A stretch of DNA of 64,000 nucleotides from Heterodontus francisci (lineage: Eukaryota): the NCBI RefSeq assembly GCF_036365525.1, contig NC_090404.1, positions 11,374,550 to 11,438,549 of the forward strand, written 5' to 3'. Position numbers and translations under genes: made by a program. Below, piece after piece: positions 45,791 through 59,735 of the stretch. Every line of letters begins with the position of its first letter. The stretch's first letter is position 1. Below the pieces are notes generated by a model that was given only the letters and a program-made list of their open reading frames with translations, had not been told where the DNA came from and did not search any database.

Positions 45791-48700
45791 AGAACAAAGA
45801 ACAAAGAAAATTACAGCACAGAAACAGGCCCTTCGGCCCTCCAAGCCTGCGCCAATCCAGATCCTCTATCTAAACATGTTGCCTATTTTCTAAGGGTCTG
45901 TATCTCTTTGCTTTCTGCCCATTCATGTGTCTGTCTAGATACATCTTAAAAGACGCTATCATGCCCGCGTCTACCACCTCCGCTGGCAACGCGTTCCAGG
46001 CACCCACCACCCTCTGCGTAAAGAACTTTCCACGCATATCCCCCCTAAACTTTTCCCCTCTCACTTTGAACTCATGACCCCTAGTAATTGAATCGCCCAC
46101 TCTGGGAAAAAGCTTCTTGCTATCCACCCTGTCTATACCTCTCATGATTTTGTACACCTCAATCAGGTCCCCCTTCAACCTCCGTCTTTCTAATGAAAAT
46201 AATCCTAATCTACTCAACCTCTCTTCATAGCTAGCGCCCTCCATACCAGGCAACATCCTGGTGAACCTCCTCTGCACCCTCTCCAAAGCATCTACATCCT
46301 TTTGGTAATGTGGCGACCAGAACTGCACGCAGTATTCCAAATGTGGCCGAACCAAAGTCTTATACAACTGTAACATGACCTGCCAACTCTTGTACTCAAT
46401 ACCCCGTCCGATGAAGGAAAGCATGCCGTATGCCTTCTTGACCACTCTATTGACCTGCATTGCCACCTTCAGGGAACAATGGACCTGAACACCCAAATCT
46501 CTCTGGACATCAATTTTCCCCAGGACTTTTCCATTTACTGTATAGTTCACTCTTGAATTGGATCTTCCAAAATGCATCACCTCGCATTTGCCCTGATTGA
46601 ACTCCATCTGCCATTTCTCTGCCCAACTCTCCAATCTTTCTATATTCTGCTGTATTCTCTGACAGTCCCTTTCACTATCTGCTACTCCACCAATCTTAGT
46701 GTCGTCTGCAAACTTGCTAATCAGACCACCTATACTTTCCTCCAAATCATTTATGTATATCACAAACAACAGTGGTCCCAGCATGGATCCCTGTGGAACA
46801 CCACTGGTCACACGTCTCCATTTTGAGAAACTCCCTTCCAGTGCTATTCTCTGTCTCCTGTTGCCCAGCCAGTTCTTTATCCATCTAGCTAGTACACCCT
46901 GGACCCCATGCGACTTCACTTTCTCCATCAGCCTACCATGGGGAACCTTATCAAACGCCTTACTGAAGTCCATGTATATGACATCTACAGCCCTTCCCTC
47001 ATCAATCAACTTTGTCACTTCCTCAAAGAATTCTATTAAGTTGGTAAGACATGACCTTCCCTGCACAAAACCATGTTGCCTATCACTGATAAGCCCATTT
47101 TCTTCCAAATGGGAATAGATCCTATCCCTCAGTATCTTCTCCAGCAGCTTCCCTACCACTGAAGTCAGGCTCACCGGTCTATAATTACCTGGATTTTCCC
47201 TGCTACCCTTCTTAAACAAGGGGACAACATTCGCAATTCTCCAGTCCTCCGGGACCTCACCCGTGTTTAAGGATGCTGCAAAGATATCTGTTAAGGCCCC
47301 AGCTATTTCCTCTCTCGCTTCCCTCAGTAACCTGGGATAGATCCCATCCGGACCTGGGGACTTGTCCACCTTAATGCCTTTTAGAATACCCAACACTTCC
47401 TCCCTCCTTATGCCGACTTGACCTAGAGTAATCAAACATCTGTCCCTAACCTCAACATCCGTCATGTCCCTCTCCTCGGTGAATACCGATGCAAAGTAGT
47501 CGTTTAGAATTTCACCCATTTTCTCTGACTCCACGCATAACTTTCCTCCTTTGTCCTTAAGTGGGCCAATCCTTTCTCTAGTTACCCTCTTGCTCCTTAT
47601 ATATAAATAAAAGGCTTTGGGATTTTCCTTAACCCTGTTTGCTAAAGATATTTCATGACCCCTTTTAGCCCTCTGAATTCCTCGTTTCAGATTGGTCCTA
47701 CATTCCTGATATTCTTTCAAAGCTTCGTCTTTCTTCAGCCTCCTAGACCTTATGTATGCTTCCTTTTTCCTCTTAGCTAGTCTCACAATTTCACCTGTCA
47801 TCCATGGTTCCCTAATCTTGCCATTTCTATCCCTCATTTTCACAGGAACATGTCTCTCCTGCACGCTAATCAACCTCTCTTTAAAAGCCTCCCACATATC
47901 AAATGTGGATTTACCTTCAAACAGCTGCTCCCAATCTACATTCCCCAGCTCCTGCCAAATTTTGGTATAGTTGGCCTTCCCCCAATTTAGCACTCTTCCT
48001 TTCGGACCACTCTCGTCTTTGTCCATGAGTATTCGAAAACTTACGGAATTGTGATCACTATTCCCAAAGTAGTCCCCTACTGAAACTTCAACCACCTGGC
48101 CGGGCTCATTCCCCAACACCAGGTCCAGTATGGCCCCTTCCCGGGTTGGACTATTTACATACTGCTCTAGAAAACCCTCCTGGATGCTCCTTACAAATTC
48201 TGCTCCATCTAGACTTCTAACACTAAGTGAATCCCAGTCAATGTTGGGAAAATTAGAATCTCCTATCACCACCACCCTGTTGCTCCTACATCTTTCCATA
48301 ATCTGTTTACATCTTTGTACCTCTATCTCACGCTCGCTGTTGGGAGGCCTGTAGTACAGCCCCAACATTGTTACCCCACCCTTCCTATTTCTGAGTTCTG
48401 CCCATATTGCCTCACTGCTCGAGTCCTCCATAGTGCCCTCCTTCAGCACAGCTGTGATATCCTCTTTGACCAGTAATGCAACTCCTCCACCCCTTTTACC
48501 TCCCTCTCTATCCCGCCTGAAGCATCGATATCCTCGGATATTTAGTTGCCAATCAGACCCTTCCCTCAACCAAGTCTCAGTAATAGCAATAACATCATAC
48601 TCCCAGGTACTAATCCAAGCCCTAAGTTCATCTGCCTTACCTACTACACTTTTAGTTTAGTTTAGTTTAGAGATACAGCACTGAAACAGGCCCTTTGGCC

Positions 48701-49535
48701 CACCGAGTCTGTGCCGACCATCAACCACCCATTTATACTAACCCTACACTAATTCCATATTCCTACCACATCCCCACCTGTCCCTATATTTCCCTACGAC
48801 CGACCTATACTCGGGGCAATTTATAATGGCCAATTAACCTATCAACCTGCAAAAGACATGTGGGAGGAAACCGGAGCACCCGGAGGAAACCCACGCAGAC
48901 ACAGGGAGAACTTGCAACCTCCACACATGCAGTACCCAGAATTGAACCCGGGTCGCTGGAGCTGTGAGGCTGCGGTGCTAACCACTGCGCCACTGTGCCG
49001 CCCTACTTGCACTTCTTGCATTAAAACAAATGCACCTCAGACCACCAGTCCCTTTGCGTACATCATCTGCTCCCTGCCTACTCTTTCCCTTAGTCACGCT
49101 GACTTCATTATCTAGTTCCTTATCGGCTTTAGTTACTACCTCCTTGCTGTCCACTGACCTCCTCATTTGGTTCCCATCCCCCTGCCACATTAGTTTAAAC
49201 CCTCCCCAACAGCGTTAGCAAAAGCACCCCCAAGGACACTGGTTCCAGTCCGGCCCAGGTGTAGACCGTCCAATTTGTAATAGTCCCACCTCCCCCAGAA
49301 CCGGTCCCAATGTCCCAAAAATCTGAACCCCTCCCTCCTGCACCATCTCTCAAGCCACGCATTCATCCTGACTATTGTTTCATTTCTACTCTGAGTATCA
49401 TGTGGCACTGGTAGCAATCCTGAGATTACTACCTCTGAGGTCCTACTTTTTAACTTGGCTCCTAACTCCCTAAATTCTGCTTGTAGGACCTCATCCCGTT
49501 TTTTACCTATATCATTGGTGCCTATGTGCACAACG
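45791..49535 (-). mobile_element. CR1 LINE (ORF1 C-half + ORF2, 899-aa open stretch) inserted into the minisatellite
   Basis: ORF 45870-48569; ORF1 motifs HIGTND...DGLHL; nearly identical to the 8500-11240 copy. Confidence 0.95.
48650..49003 (-). mobile_element. HE1-like tRNA SINE inserted in the 5' end of CR1 ORF2
   Basis: gggcggcacagtggcgcagtggttagc head, ggttcaattc B box, (ctaaa)n tail. Confidence 0.9.
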
Positions 49536-49950
49536 ACACTGTGGCACCAAATACAGGGAGTACTTACACTGTGGCACCAAATCCAGGGACCACTCACACT
49601 GAGGCACCAATTTCAGGAACCACCTAGACTGAGACACTGAATCCAGGGAGCACTTAAACTGTGACAAAAAACCGAGGGCCCATTCACACTGAGGTACCAA
49701 ATTCAGGAACCACTTACACTGACACTGGCTCAACACCACCTGCTCAAGGCCAATTAGGGGTGGGAAATAAATGCTGGGCTAGCCAGAGAAGCCCACATCT
49801 CGTGAAAGAATAAAAAAAAATCCAGGAACCACTTACACTGTGACACCAAATCCAGGGAGCGCTTACTCCAGGGACCACTTACATTGTGACACCAAATCCA
49901 GGGGCCATTTACACTGTAACACCAAATCCTGGGAGCACTAACACATCGGG
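49536..49950. repeat. 30-bp minisatellite, right part (more diverged)
   Basis: Same unit as 45650-45790. Confidence 0.85.
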
Positions 49951-49962
49951 AATTAGAGAGCA

Positions 49963-50925
49963 TTTTTTTTATTCATTCATGGGATGTGGGCATCGCTGGC
50001 CAGGCCAGCATTTATTGCCCATCCCTAATTGCCCTTGAGAAGGTGGTGGTGAGCTTCCTTCTTGAACTGTTGCAGTCCATATGGGGTAGGTACACCCACA
50101 GTGCTATCAGGAAGGGAGTTCCAGGATTTTGACCCAGCGGCAGTGAAGGAACGGCGATATAGTTCCAAGTCAGGATGGTGTGTGACTTGGAGGAGAAGTT
50201 GCAGGTGGTGGTGTTCCCTGCATTTGCTGCTCTTGTCCTTTGAGGTGGTACAGGTCGCGGGTTTGGAAGTTGCTGTCCAAGGAGTCTTGGTGCGCTGCTG
50301 CATTGCATCTTGTAGATGGTACACACTGCTGCTACTGTGCATCGGTGGTGGAGGGAGCGAATGTTTGTAGATGGGGTGACAATCAAGCGGGCTGCTTTGT
50401 CCTGGATGGTGTCGAGCTTCTTAAGTGTTGTTGGAGCTGCACCCATCCAGGCAAGTGGAGAGTATTCCATCACACTCCTCACTTGTGCCTTGCAGATAGT
50501 GGACAGGCTTTGGGGAGTCAGGAGGTGATTTACTCGCCGCAGGATTCCTAGCCTCTGACCTGCTCTTGTATCCATGGTATTTATATGGCTACTCCAGTTC
50601 AGTTTCTGGTCAATGGGAACCCACAGGATGTTGATATTGGGGGATTCAGCAATCGTAATGCCATTGAATGTCAAGGGGAGATGGTTAGATTCTCTCTTGT
50701 TGGAGATGGTCATTGCCTGGCACTTGTGTGGCACGAATGTTCCTGGCCACTTATCAGCCCAAGCCTGGATATTTTCCAGGTCTTGCTGCATTTCTACACA
50801 GGCTGCTTCAGTATCTGAAGAGTCGCGCATGGTGCTGAACATTGTGCAATCATCAGTGAACATCCTCACTTCTGACCTTATTATTGAAGGAAGGTCATTG
50901 ATGAAGCAGCTGAAGATGGTTGGAT
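49963..50925 (-). mobile_element. L2/Crack-like (CR1-group) LINE 3' part
   Basis: ORF 50012-50869, FTDDCTMF...QAWADKW...RSVMEYSPLAW; poly(A) tail. Confidence 0.85.
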
Positions 50926-51239
50926 TGATATGATATGATTGGATGTAACCAGTGCAACATCTAGTCTAATGTTGCTGATGTCTTTTCCTGTAGGAAATGT
51001 AGAAATTTGAAACAAGGGAGTAAATCAAGCTTGGGCCACAAAGAAGGTTCCCCGAACAAACAATTCATGATACTATTTTGTGAGTCATCTGTGTGAGGTT
51101 ATAGAACAAGAAATGAAAACGAACATGACAAGTAACACTGGTGTTGTTACTAGTGGTTTCAAACCCTAATCACTAACTCCTAAACTTAACACCCTAGCAG
51201 GGAGAAGAAAATCCCAAAAAGTGTGGGTGCGAGAACACA

Positions 51240-51890
51240 GCCCTGTTTCACGCCACTCAGGATAGGAAAGGGCTCTGATGAGGAGCCACCATGTTAAATT
51301 GTGCCTTTCATATTGTCATGGAATGAGGTGATGATACTTAGTAGCTTTGGTGGGCATCCAATCTTTTCTAGTAGTCTGAAGAGACCACGTCTGCTGATGA
51401 GGTCAAAGGCTTTGGTGAGATCAATGAAAGCAATGTAGAGGGGCATCTGTTGTTCACGGCATTTCTCCTGTATCTGACGAAGGGAGAACAGCATGTCAAC
51501 AGTTGATCTCTCTGCACGAAAGTCACACTGTGCCTCAGGGTAGACGCGCTCGGCCAGCTTCTGGAGCCTGTTTAGAGGGACTCGAGCAAAGACTTTCCCC
51601 ACTATGCTGAGCAGGGAGATTCCACGGTAGTTGTTGCAGTCACCGCGGTCACCTTTGTTTTTATAGAGGGTGATGATATTGGCATCGTGCATGTCCTGGG
51701 GTACTGCTCCCTCGTCCCAGCACAGGCATAGCAGTTCATGTAGTGCTGAGAGTATAGCAGGCTTGGCACTCTTGATTATTTCAGGGGTAATGCTGTCCTT
51801 CCCAGGGGCCTTTCCGCTGGCTAGAGATTCAATGGCATCACTGAGTTCCGATTTGGTTGGCTGTATGTCCAGCTCATCCATGACTGGTAC
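51240..51890 (-). mobile_element. RTE-clade LINE RT fragment
   Basis: KAPGKDSI...NYRGISLLSIVGK...FIDLTKAFD. Confidence 0.85.
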
Positions 51891-53479
51891 CCAACAAATA
51901 ACCATTGGTCCCTAACACTAACCCTGACCCTACACCTTCACCCCAGCTGCAAACCCAAACCATCACCCCAGTCCCAAACCCTAACCAAGGATTATTGACA
52001 GGGATCAATGAAGGAGCTAAAGAGCTGATAAAGGAGGAGTTTGAAGCAATTCTCTTGATTAAAGAAATATTTGATGGTATGTTAGTAGCAAGAGATCAAA
52101 TCAACAAGACCATCAAAATCAGCAATGACAATTATAAAGATCAGAACATTTCAAAGGCTCTCACACGCAGTATCTGTGGAGGAGTTTTACTAAATCAGAT
52201 CCAAAAAGGGTGAGATGATGCAGAAAATATTCTACACAGGGGCGGTTCAAAGGAAATCCAGATGTGTGTAAAGTTCAGTCTATGACACCCACAAGCCGTG
52301 CACTCAAACTGAACAAGCTTGGGGTTTCTTCTTATTCTTTTTGCAGTAGAAGCAAAAAAACACATTAAATATCAATATCTGAGTCAGAAATCCAGGCCAA
52401 AGCTTCCAGTGTAACAGTATGGATATGGTGTAGGCTGCCTGTGAATTTCCTCTGAGGACAGTGTTTGACCATGTTCTCCAGGGTCTGTTTCGGAGCTCCG
52501 CAGTCCCATGATGGAGATGCTTTATCTTCCTGCTATGGAGAAGGTGGCAGCAGTCACCATGAACGGGTCTGAGGCTGTTCTCGGATGGATGATGACAGCC
52601 TTCTCGTGGCTCACCCTGTTCATCATCTTAGATCACAACTAATATCATCTCGAAGGACACCAAACTTGTTAAATCAACCTCCTGGTGAGAGCAGCAAATG
52701 AAACAGTCCTCTTCAGGACCAGAGAAAACCACATGTCTGGCCAACCACCCGAATATGTCAACTTAACATCGAAGGCATCTCTCACACAAAATTCCAACAT
52801 CTCCAAAGCTTACCCTCCCAACACCTCTCCGCCTCTGTACCTCGCTTTCCTCCTTTATACACTTATTAAAACCTATCTTTCTGACCAAGCTTTTGGTCAT
52901 CTGACCTAATATCTCCTTATGTGGATCCTTGTCAGTGTATTTTTTATAATACCCCTCTGAATCACTTTGGGATGTTTTATTATGTTAAAGGTGCTATATA
53001 AATATAAGTTGTTGTTGTTTACTCAGGGTTGATGTCCTGGTTCTTCAAGAAACACACATTGAGCACATCCACTAGTTCGACACTAGATGACATATTACAG
53101 GATTTGACCTAATTGTTTTCAATGACCATCCCAATAAGCCAGGCCTGTTATATAAAACAGAGCAGCGCAGGCCCAATATTGCTGGAGCTCTCAATAATAC
53201 ATGTAGGAGAGTGAACAATCTTCAGTGTCTCCAAACCACCACTCATACAGTGACCTGACCCACTGCTCCCTCTTCATCACCATCCATCAATCCATCTCGG
53301 AGACTTTAATATCCATCACATAATGTGGGGCAACATGGACATCAGCTCTAATGGAGAAGCACTTGTACAGTGGGCTTCACTGGAGAATAATTTCTCCTTT
53401 TAGATGCCAAGGGTTGAGGTACATTCCATTCCTCAAGTTGACAGAGAGAATATAACCCAGATCTGTTTCCTCTCCAAAG

Positions 53480-53616
53480 AATAAAACAAAAGCAAAATAT
53501 TGCAGATGTTAGAAATCCGAAGTAAAAAGAGAAATGCTGGAAATACGCAGCAGGGCAGGCAGCATCTGTGGAGGGAAACATAGAGTTAACGTTTCAGGTC
53601 GCTGACCTTTCGTCAG
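53480..53616 (-). mobile_element. Penelope pLTR fragment with canonical hammerhead core
   Basis: Minus strand CTGACGA aaggtc-agc-gacct GAAA cgtt aactct. Confidence 0.78.
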
Positions 53617-53639
53617 CCTGCAATAAACACTTACAGCCA

Positions 53640-54120
53640 GTTGCTGACTAATGGCGACCTCAGATCCCACAATTCCCTGCGTCCCGAAAGCGCTCTATCC
53701 AAAGCGCTGATTTCCCCAGGTGTTAAGAGTGCGCATGCCCAGGCGCGGGGCATTCTGGGCGGACTGGATCCTGTCTTTTGTTACGAGTCGGACCCGGGAG
53801 AAACCGGGAAGAGGCGGGTCGGTTGGGGGACGCGCTGCACCATCGGGTTAACGGTGATTCTCCCGCTCGGGGACCTCGCTACACATCAATTGAATCCTGT
53901 TTCTCTCATTGTATTTCCCAATTTAGATTCATGGCCTCATTTGTTTTCTTCCTCTGAGCCCCTGAACTCCCTCTGACAGGGTCATGTTACCCAGAGCTGA
54001 TTGATTGTCCTGGGAAGCAACAGGAAGAAGCTCAGAGGCCGGAGGGCCAAGGGAGCAGCGGCTTCTGGAAGCAATCGCGGCCTTTGAGAGTTGCAACCTG
54101 AGGCTGCTAGTCAGGTGAGT
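53640..54120 (+). promoter_or_regulatory. CpG-rich promoter / first exon, probably of the downstream ZNF
   Basis: GCGCATGC motif, ZNF143-like acaattccc / gcattctggg, high CpG density, and a cag|gtgagt donor near 54115. Confidence 0.5.
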
Positions 54121-55099
54121 CAGTGTGAACTCCTGGTAAACTATTTATCATTTCAAAGTGAAACCAATGTTTCTTTTATCAACAAAACACTTCAACATTT
54201 GTCAGTATTTTGTTTTCCCGGAGTTCCTGTTTTGAATTTCAGACACTTCAGTGCCAAGTGGACCAGGTGTTCAACATAAACATAGAAATAGTGACATCCG
54301 TTCATATCTCACTGTTAGTTAATGATACAGAGATTGACTTTTCCTCATTATGTATCTATTTGTGATATTTAGAGGGACAGTGTCTTACCTTTCTGCACTT
54401 TTATTAGTTAAAGTAACATCCTTCCTCTCGCAATGAGTCACATTCTGTATTGAGGAATATGGCTGGTGATTTCAACCTTTAGAAATCTCCCCCGCTTGTT
54501 TAATTCCCTCCTTGACCTTGTCCCTTCCTCTCCCTGTAATCTCCTCCAGGCCTAGAACCCGCCAATGTTTCTGTATCTCCATCTCTGGTCACTCTCCACT
54601 TCCTTCATCCCACCATTGGTAGCCAAACCTTCAGTTAGCTCAGCCTTGAGATAATTGACCAAGTTTTTGGTCACCTGTCCTAATGTCTCCTTCTTTGGCT
54701 CGGTGACATTTTTAACTGTTTACATTTTTGCGAAGCACCTTGGAACGTTTCACGACATTGAAGGTGCAATAGAATTACAAGTTGTTGGTGTGCTACCATT
54801 GGCCTCAGCTTTGCCAAACAGAATCGGCCAAGGACAGCGGCTGTGCTGTTCCCCGTGGTTCAAACGCTGACGGCGAGTTGTATAGGCTCACGGGCTCAGA
54901 ATTACCACTTAGCAAGGGGCTGGATGGTAAACAGTGACTGGGACTGAAACCCACCATCACACAGCACCTTCAGGAGAGAAAGGAAGAAAAATCCAAGCCT
55001 GTGTGTTGTGTCCCTGCTGAAGGATATAGGCTGTATTCTACTGTGTGGAGCATTCTGGGTAGGATCAGCCGCCATTATCCTCATTTGGTGCAGCAGCTA

Positions 55100-57110
55100 A
55101 GGAAATGTTTGGCCCATCGTATGGATGCCAGCTCTTTAGTAGAGCTATCAAATTAGTCCCACTCCCCTGCTGTTTACTCAGCATTGGACATTTCTTCCAT
55201 TCAACTATTTATTCAACTCTCCCTTGAATGTTACTATTGAATCTGCTTCCTCCACCCTTTCAGGCAGTGCTTTCAGATCACAACTCACTGCATAGAAACT
55301 GATTCCACATGTCTCATCAGGTTCTCTGTTAATCGCCTTAAATCTGTGTCCTCTGGTTACCAATCCTTCTGTCACTAGAAAAATGTTCTCCTTATTTAGC
55401 CTATCAAAACTGTTCATGATTTTGAATACCTCTATCACATCTCCTCTTAACCCTTTTTGCTCTAAGGAGCACACAAGAAATAGGAGCAGAAGTAGACCAT
55501 ATGGCCCATCGAGCTGCTCCACCATTCAATACGATCATGGCTGATCATGGGCTTCAATTCCACTTTCCTGCCCACTCCCCATAGCCCTTGATTCCCTGCG
55601 AGACCAAAAGTCTATCTATCCCAGCCTGTAATGTATTCAATGATGGAGCATCCACAACCCTCTGGGGTAGAGAATTGCAAAGATTCAGAACCTTTTGAGT
55701 GAAGTAATTTCTCCACATAGAAACATAGGAGAAGGAGTAGGCCATTCAGCCCATCAAGCCTGCTCCGCCATTCAATACGATCATGGCTGATCATCCACTT
55801 AAATGTCTCTATCCCACACTATCCTCATACCCCCTTATGTCATTTGTATTTAGAAATCTGTCAATTTCTGCTTTAAACACACTCAATGACTGAACTTCCA
55901 CAGCCCACTGGGGTAGAGAATTCCAAAGATTCACAACCCTCTGAGTAAAGAAGTTTCTCCTCATCTCTGTCCTAAGTGGCTTCTCCCTTATTTTGAAATT
56001 GTATCCCCTGGTTCCAGACACCCCAACCAGGGGAAACATCTTGCCTGTATCTACCCTGTCTATCCCTTTCAGTATTTTGTAGGTTTTAATGAGATCACCT
56101 CTCATTCTTCAAAACTTTAGAGAATACAGGCCCATTTTCCCAAAACTCTCTTCATTGGACAGTTCTGCCATTCTGGGAACAAGTCTGGTAAACCTTCATT
56201 GCACTCCCTCTCCTTCCTAATGTAAAAGGACCAAAACTGCACACAGTCCTCATCTCAGTCCTGAATGATTGACTCCTTATTCTGAGACTGTATCCCCGTG
56301 TTCTAGATTCCCTGACCAGTGGGAACAATCTCTCAGCTTCTACCCTATTGAGCCCTTTCAGAATCTTGTATGTCTCAATTAGATCGCTTCTCATTCTTCT
56401 AAACTCCAGAGAATATAAACCCAATTTACTCAACCTCTCATCATAGGACAAAGCCCTCATCCCAGGGACCAATTTAGTAAATCTTCGCTGCACTGCCTCC
56501 AGTGCAAGTATATCCTTTCTTAAATGTGGAGACCAAAATTGCACACAGTATTCCAGGTGCGATCTCACCAAAGCCCTGTACAATTTTAGTAAGACTTCTT
56601 TATTCCTGTACTCCAATCCCATTGCAATAAAGGCCAACATGCCATTTGCCTTCCTAATAGCCTGCTGCACCTGCATGTTAACCTTGTGCATTCCTTGTAC
56701 GAGTATCCCCAAGTCTGTCTGAACATCAACACTTACCAGTTTCACACCTTTAAAAAAATATTCTGCTTTTCTATTTTTACAACCCAAGTGAACAACTTCA
56801 CACTTCCCTACATTACACTCCATTTGCCATCTTGTTGCCCACTCACTTAACCTGTCTATATCTCTTTGCAGCCTCTCTACATCCTCTCTGCAGCTTACCT
56901 TTCCACCGAGCTTTGTATCATCAGCAAATTTAGATACATTACTCTGTCTCTTCATCCAAGTCATTAATATAGAATGTAAATAGTTGAGGCCCCGGCACTG
57001 ATCCTTGCGGCACTCCACTATTCACTGCCTGAGAACTTGAAAATGCCCCGTTTATGCTCACTCTCTGCTTCCTGTCTGTTAACCAATCCTCCATCCACTC
57101 TATCGAACCC
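55100..57110 (-). mobile_element. Stack of nested CR1 3' fragments
   Basis: ORFs 56152-57018, 55809-56105, 55554-55745 and 55205-55525 all encode CR1 RT tails. Confidence 0.85.
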
Positions 57111-57127
57111 TAATATATTACCCCAAT

Positions 57128-57260
57128 AAAGGCCTGCTACCAGACCCGAACCCGAAAGGACCCGACGACATGGGTCGGGTCGCTCTTCCAGGTCCGGCTT
57201 TCGGGCTCGGGTTGGTCCGGGTCATGCAGGGTCCAGGTCAGACACACGCTGTATTAATTG
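57128..57260. mobile_element. Possible hAT-type DNA transposon end / MITE fragment
   Basis: Clustered CCCGA / TCGGG subterminal repeats forming an imperfect palindrome. Confidence 0.4.
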
Positions 57261-57619
57261 GACTTGAAAGGTTGTTTAAAAAGATGAAGATTGGAGCCAC
57301 GAAGTCAGTGATTGTTTGGTCACGAGTTAAACAGAAACCCATGGAGTTGTGCCCAGAAAGGTTGTGCCACACTGTACATCTGTATTGCTTAAAAAAAACA
57401 CAGCAATTGCCCAAAGCCTCAGAAAATATCATTGTACATTACCTAGACTCCTGTTGTACAAGTTGAAATACTTGCTGCAAGTTTATCCAGTGAGCAGCTG
57501 AGATGCAGAGACCAGGAAGGTCCAGTGATTAATTATTATAAAATATACAATATATTAAATATATAAAATGATCACTGTCAGGACTCTAGTCTACGCACAT
57601 ACAGTACACAGAGCTATCC

Positions 57620-58500
57620 TTCCTCTTGAAGTCTTTGATTATCTCCGCTTCCACCACCCTTGTGGACAGTGAGTTCCAGGTCATTACCACCTGCTGCGGT
57701 AGAAAGTTCTTCCCCATATTCCCCGGCATCTCTTGCCCAAAACCTTCAATCTGTGTCTCCCAGTCCTTGTACTGCTAGTTAATGGGAACAATTTTTCCTT
57801 ATCTAACTTAATTAAACTTGTCATAATCTTGTACAATTGTATTAAATCTTCCCTCAATCTCTTTTGTTCTAAGGAGAACAACCCCAGCTTTTCCAACCTA
57901 ACCTTGTAACTAAAATCATCCCTGGAACCATTCTGGTAAATCTCCTGTGCACCCTCTCAAGGACCTCACATCCTTCCTGAAGTGTGGTGACCAGAACTGC
58001 ATGTAATACTCCATTTGGGGCCGAACCAGAGAATTTTAAAGGTATTAGTGATGGGCCGTCTTCATCAACTTTTGTAGTCCATGTGCTGAAGGTACTCACT
58101 CACAATGCTGTTCGGTAAAGAGTTATGGGAGTTGCGCCCAGTGACGGTGAAGGAATGGTGATATAGTTCCAAGTCAGGATGGTGTGTGATTTGGGGGGAG
58201 CTTGCAGGTGGTGGTGATCTCCTGCAACTTCTGCCCTTGTTCTTCTCGGTGATAGAGGTTGTGGATTTGGAAGGTACTGTTGAAGGAGACTTGGTGAATT
58301 GCTGCAGTGCATCTTGTAGATGATGCACACTGTTGTTGGGTAAGGAGTTATATGATTTTTACTCAGTGATGATGAAGGAATGGTGATTATATGTCTGTGA
58401 TTTGGAGGTGGTGGTTTTCCCATGCACCTGATATCCAGGTGCTCCTTGGTGGTGGAGGCTGTGGTTTTGGGAGATTCTGTCAAAGCTCTGGTCGAGTTTC
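57620..58500 (-). mobile_element. Old CR1 and L2/Crack-like 3' fragments
   Basis: LERVHRRFTRMVPG; KSHTILTWNY as in 50012-50869. Confidence 0.7.
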
Positions 58501-58799
58501 AGGGCTATAAAGTTCCTTCTCTTCTCCCCTAACCCCCACCTTCCACCCCCACCCCCCGCCCACTACTCCTGTAGATACCAGAGTCTTACGTACGCCCAGA
58601 CCAGGTGGCAGATTTCCTGCCCTGAAAGACATTAACAAACTAGTTGGGTTTTTAACGATAATCCGACAGGTTTCATGGTAACTTTTTTCTGGTGTTGGCT
58701 CAACAAATTACCCAATTCATTCATCACAATTTCACAACCTGCCTTTGTGTTTTTGTGGGTTCTCTCGTGCTCCCTTTTTCCTATTTTAAATTTGTAGAC

Positions 58800-59735
58800 A
58801 GGAAACCCGTTTACATCAAGATCTGACAGTCACTAAATTCATCAGGACCTGAATATCATCAGATTTTGAACATGGAAGGGAAAAGCACCGATCACAGCGG
58901 AGAGAAACTGTACACATGTTCTTTGTGTGGTCGAGATTTCAGCCGATCATCTGGCCTGTCGTGGCACAAGTGCAGTGACACTGGGGTGAAACCATGTGAA
59001 TGTGGGACTGTGGGAAGCAATTCGATTACCCGACCCAGCTTGAAGCTCATCGGCGCAGTCACACCGGGGAGAGGCCATTCACCTGCTCCGTCTGCGGGAA
59101 GGGATTCACTCGGTCATCCAGCCTCCATACACACCAGCGAGTTCATACTGGAGAGAGAGAGTTTAAATGCCCAGACTGTGATAAGAGCTTTAAAAGCCCA
59201 CGTTCACTGAGGGAGCACCAGCGCATTCACACTGGTTCCACACCGTTCAGCTGCTCTCACTGCGGGAAGAGGTTCAGGCGATTGTCCAACCTGCTGACAC
59301 ACCAGCGGGTTCACACTGGGGAGAGGCCATTCACCTGTTGAGTGTGGGAAGGGATTCACTCAATCATCCAACCTGCTAACACACCAGCGAGTTCACACTC
59401 ACGAGAGAATTTTTAAATGCCCAGACTGCGGGAAGTGTTATAAAAGTTCTGTGGAACTGACATGTCATCAACATGTTCACACTGATGAGAGACCATTCAG
59501 GTGCGCTCACTGTGGGACTGGGTTCAGACAATTATCTGAACTGACTGTACACCAATGCACTCACACTGGGGAGAGGCCATTCACCTGCTCCGTTTGCGGG
59601 AAGGGATTTACTCACTCCTCCGACATGCTGAGACACCAGCGCACTCTCACTGGGGAGAGGCCGTTCACCTGCTCCGTGTGTGGGAAGGGATTCACTGTCA
59701 TCCAACCTGTTCAGACATCAGTGAGTTCACAAGTG
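58800..59735 (+). pseudogene. C2H2 ZNF pseudogene (frameshifts)
   Basis: Finger arrays split over ORFs 58866-59210, 59000-59341 and 59451-59789; ends in the paralog-typical gttcacaagtga. Confidence 0.85.

Noticed and set aside
48940-49003. tRNA-like A/B boxes (also ~17280, ~20050, ~32980, ~33290, ~38310)
   Set aside because: These are SINE heads, not complete tRNA cloverleaves.
51160-51990. CCCTAA telomere-like motifs flanking the RTE fragment
   Set aside because: Few and degenerate; not a true interstitial telomeric array.
51905-52690. ORF 51905-52213 and an exon-like GC-richer stretch at ~52480-52690
   Set aside because: No recognisable domain, no ATG start for the ORF, and stops in the frames examined.
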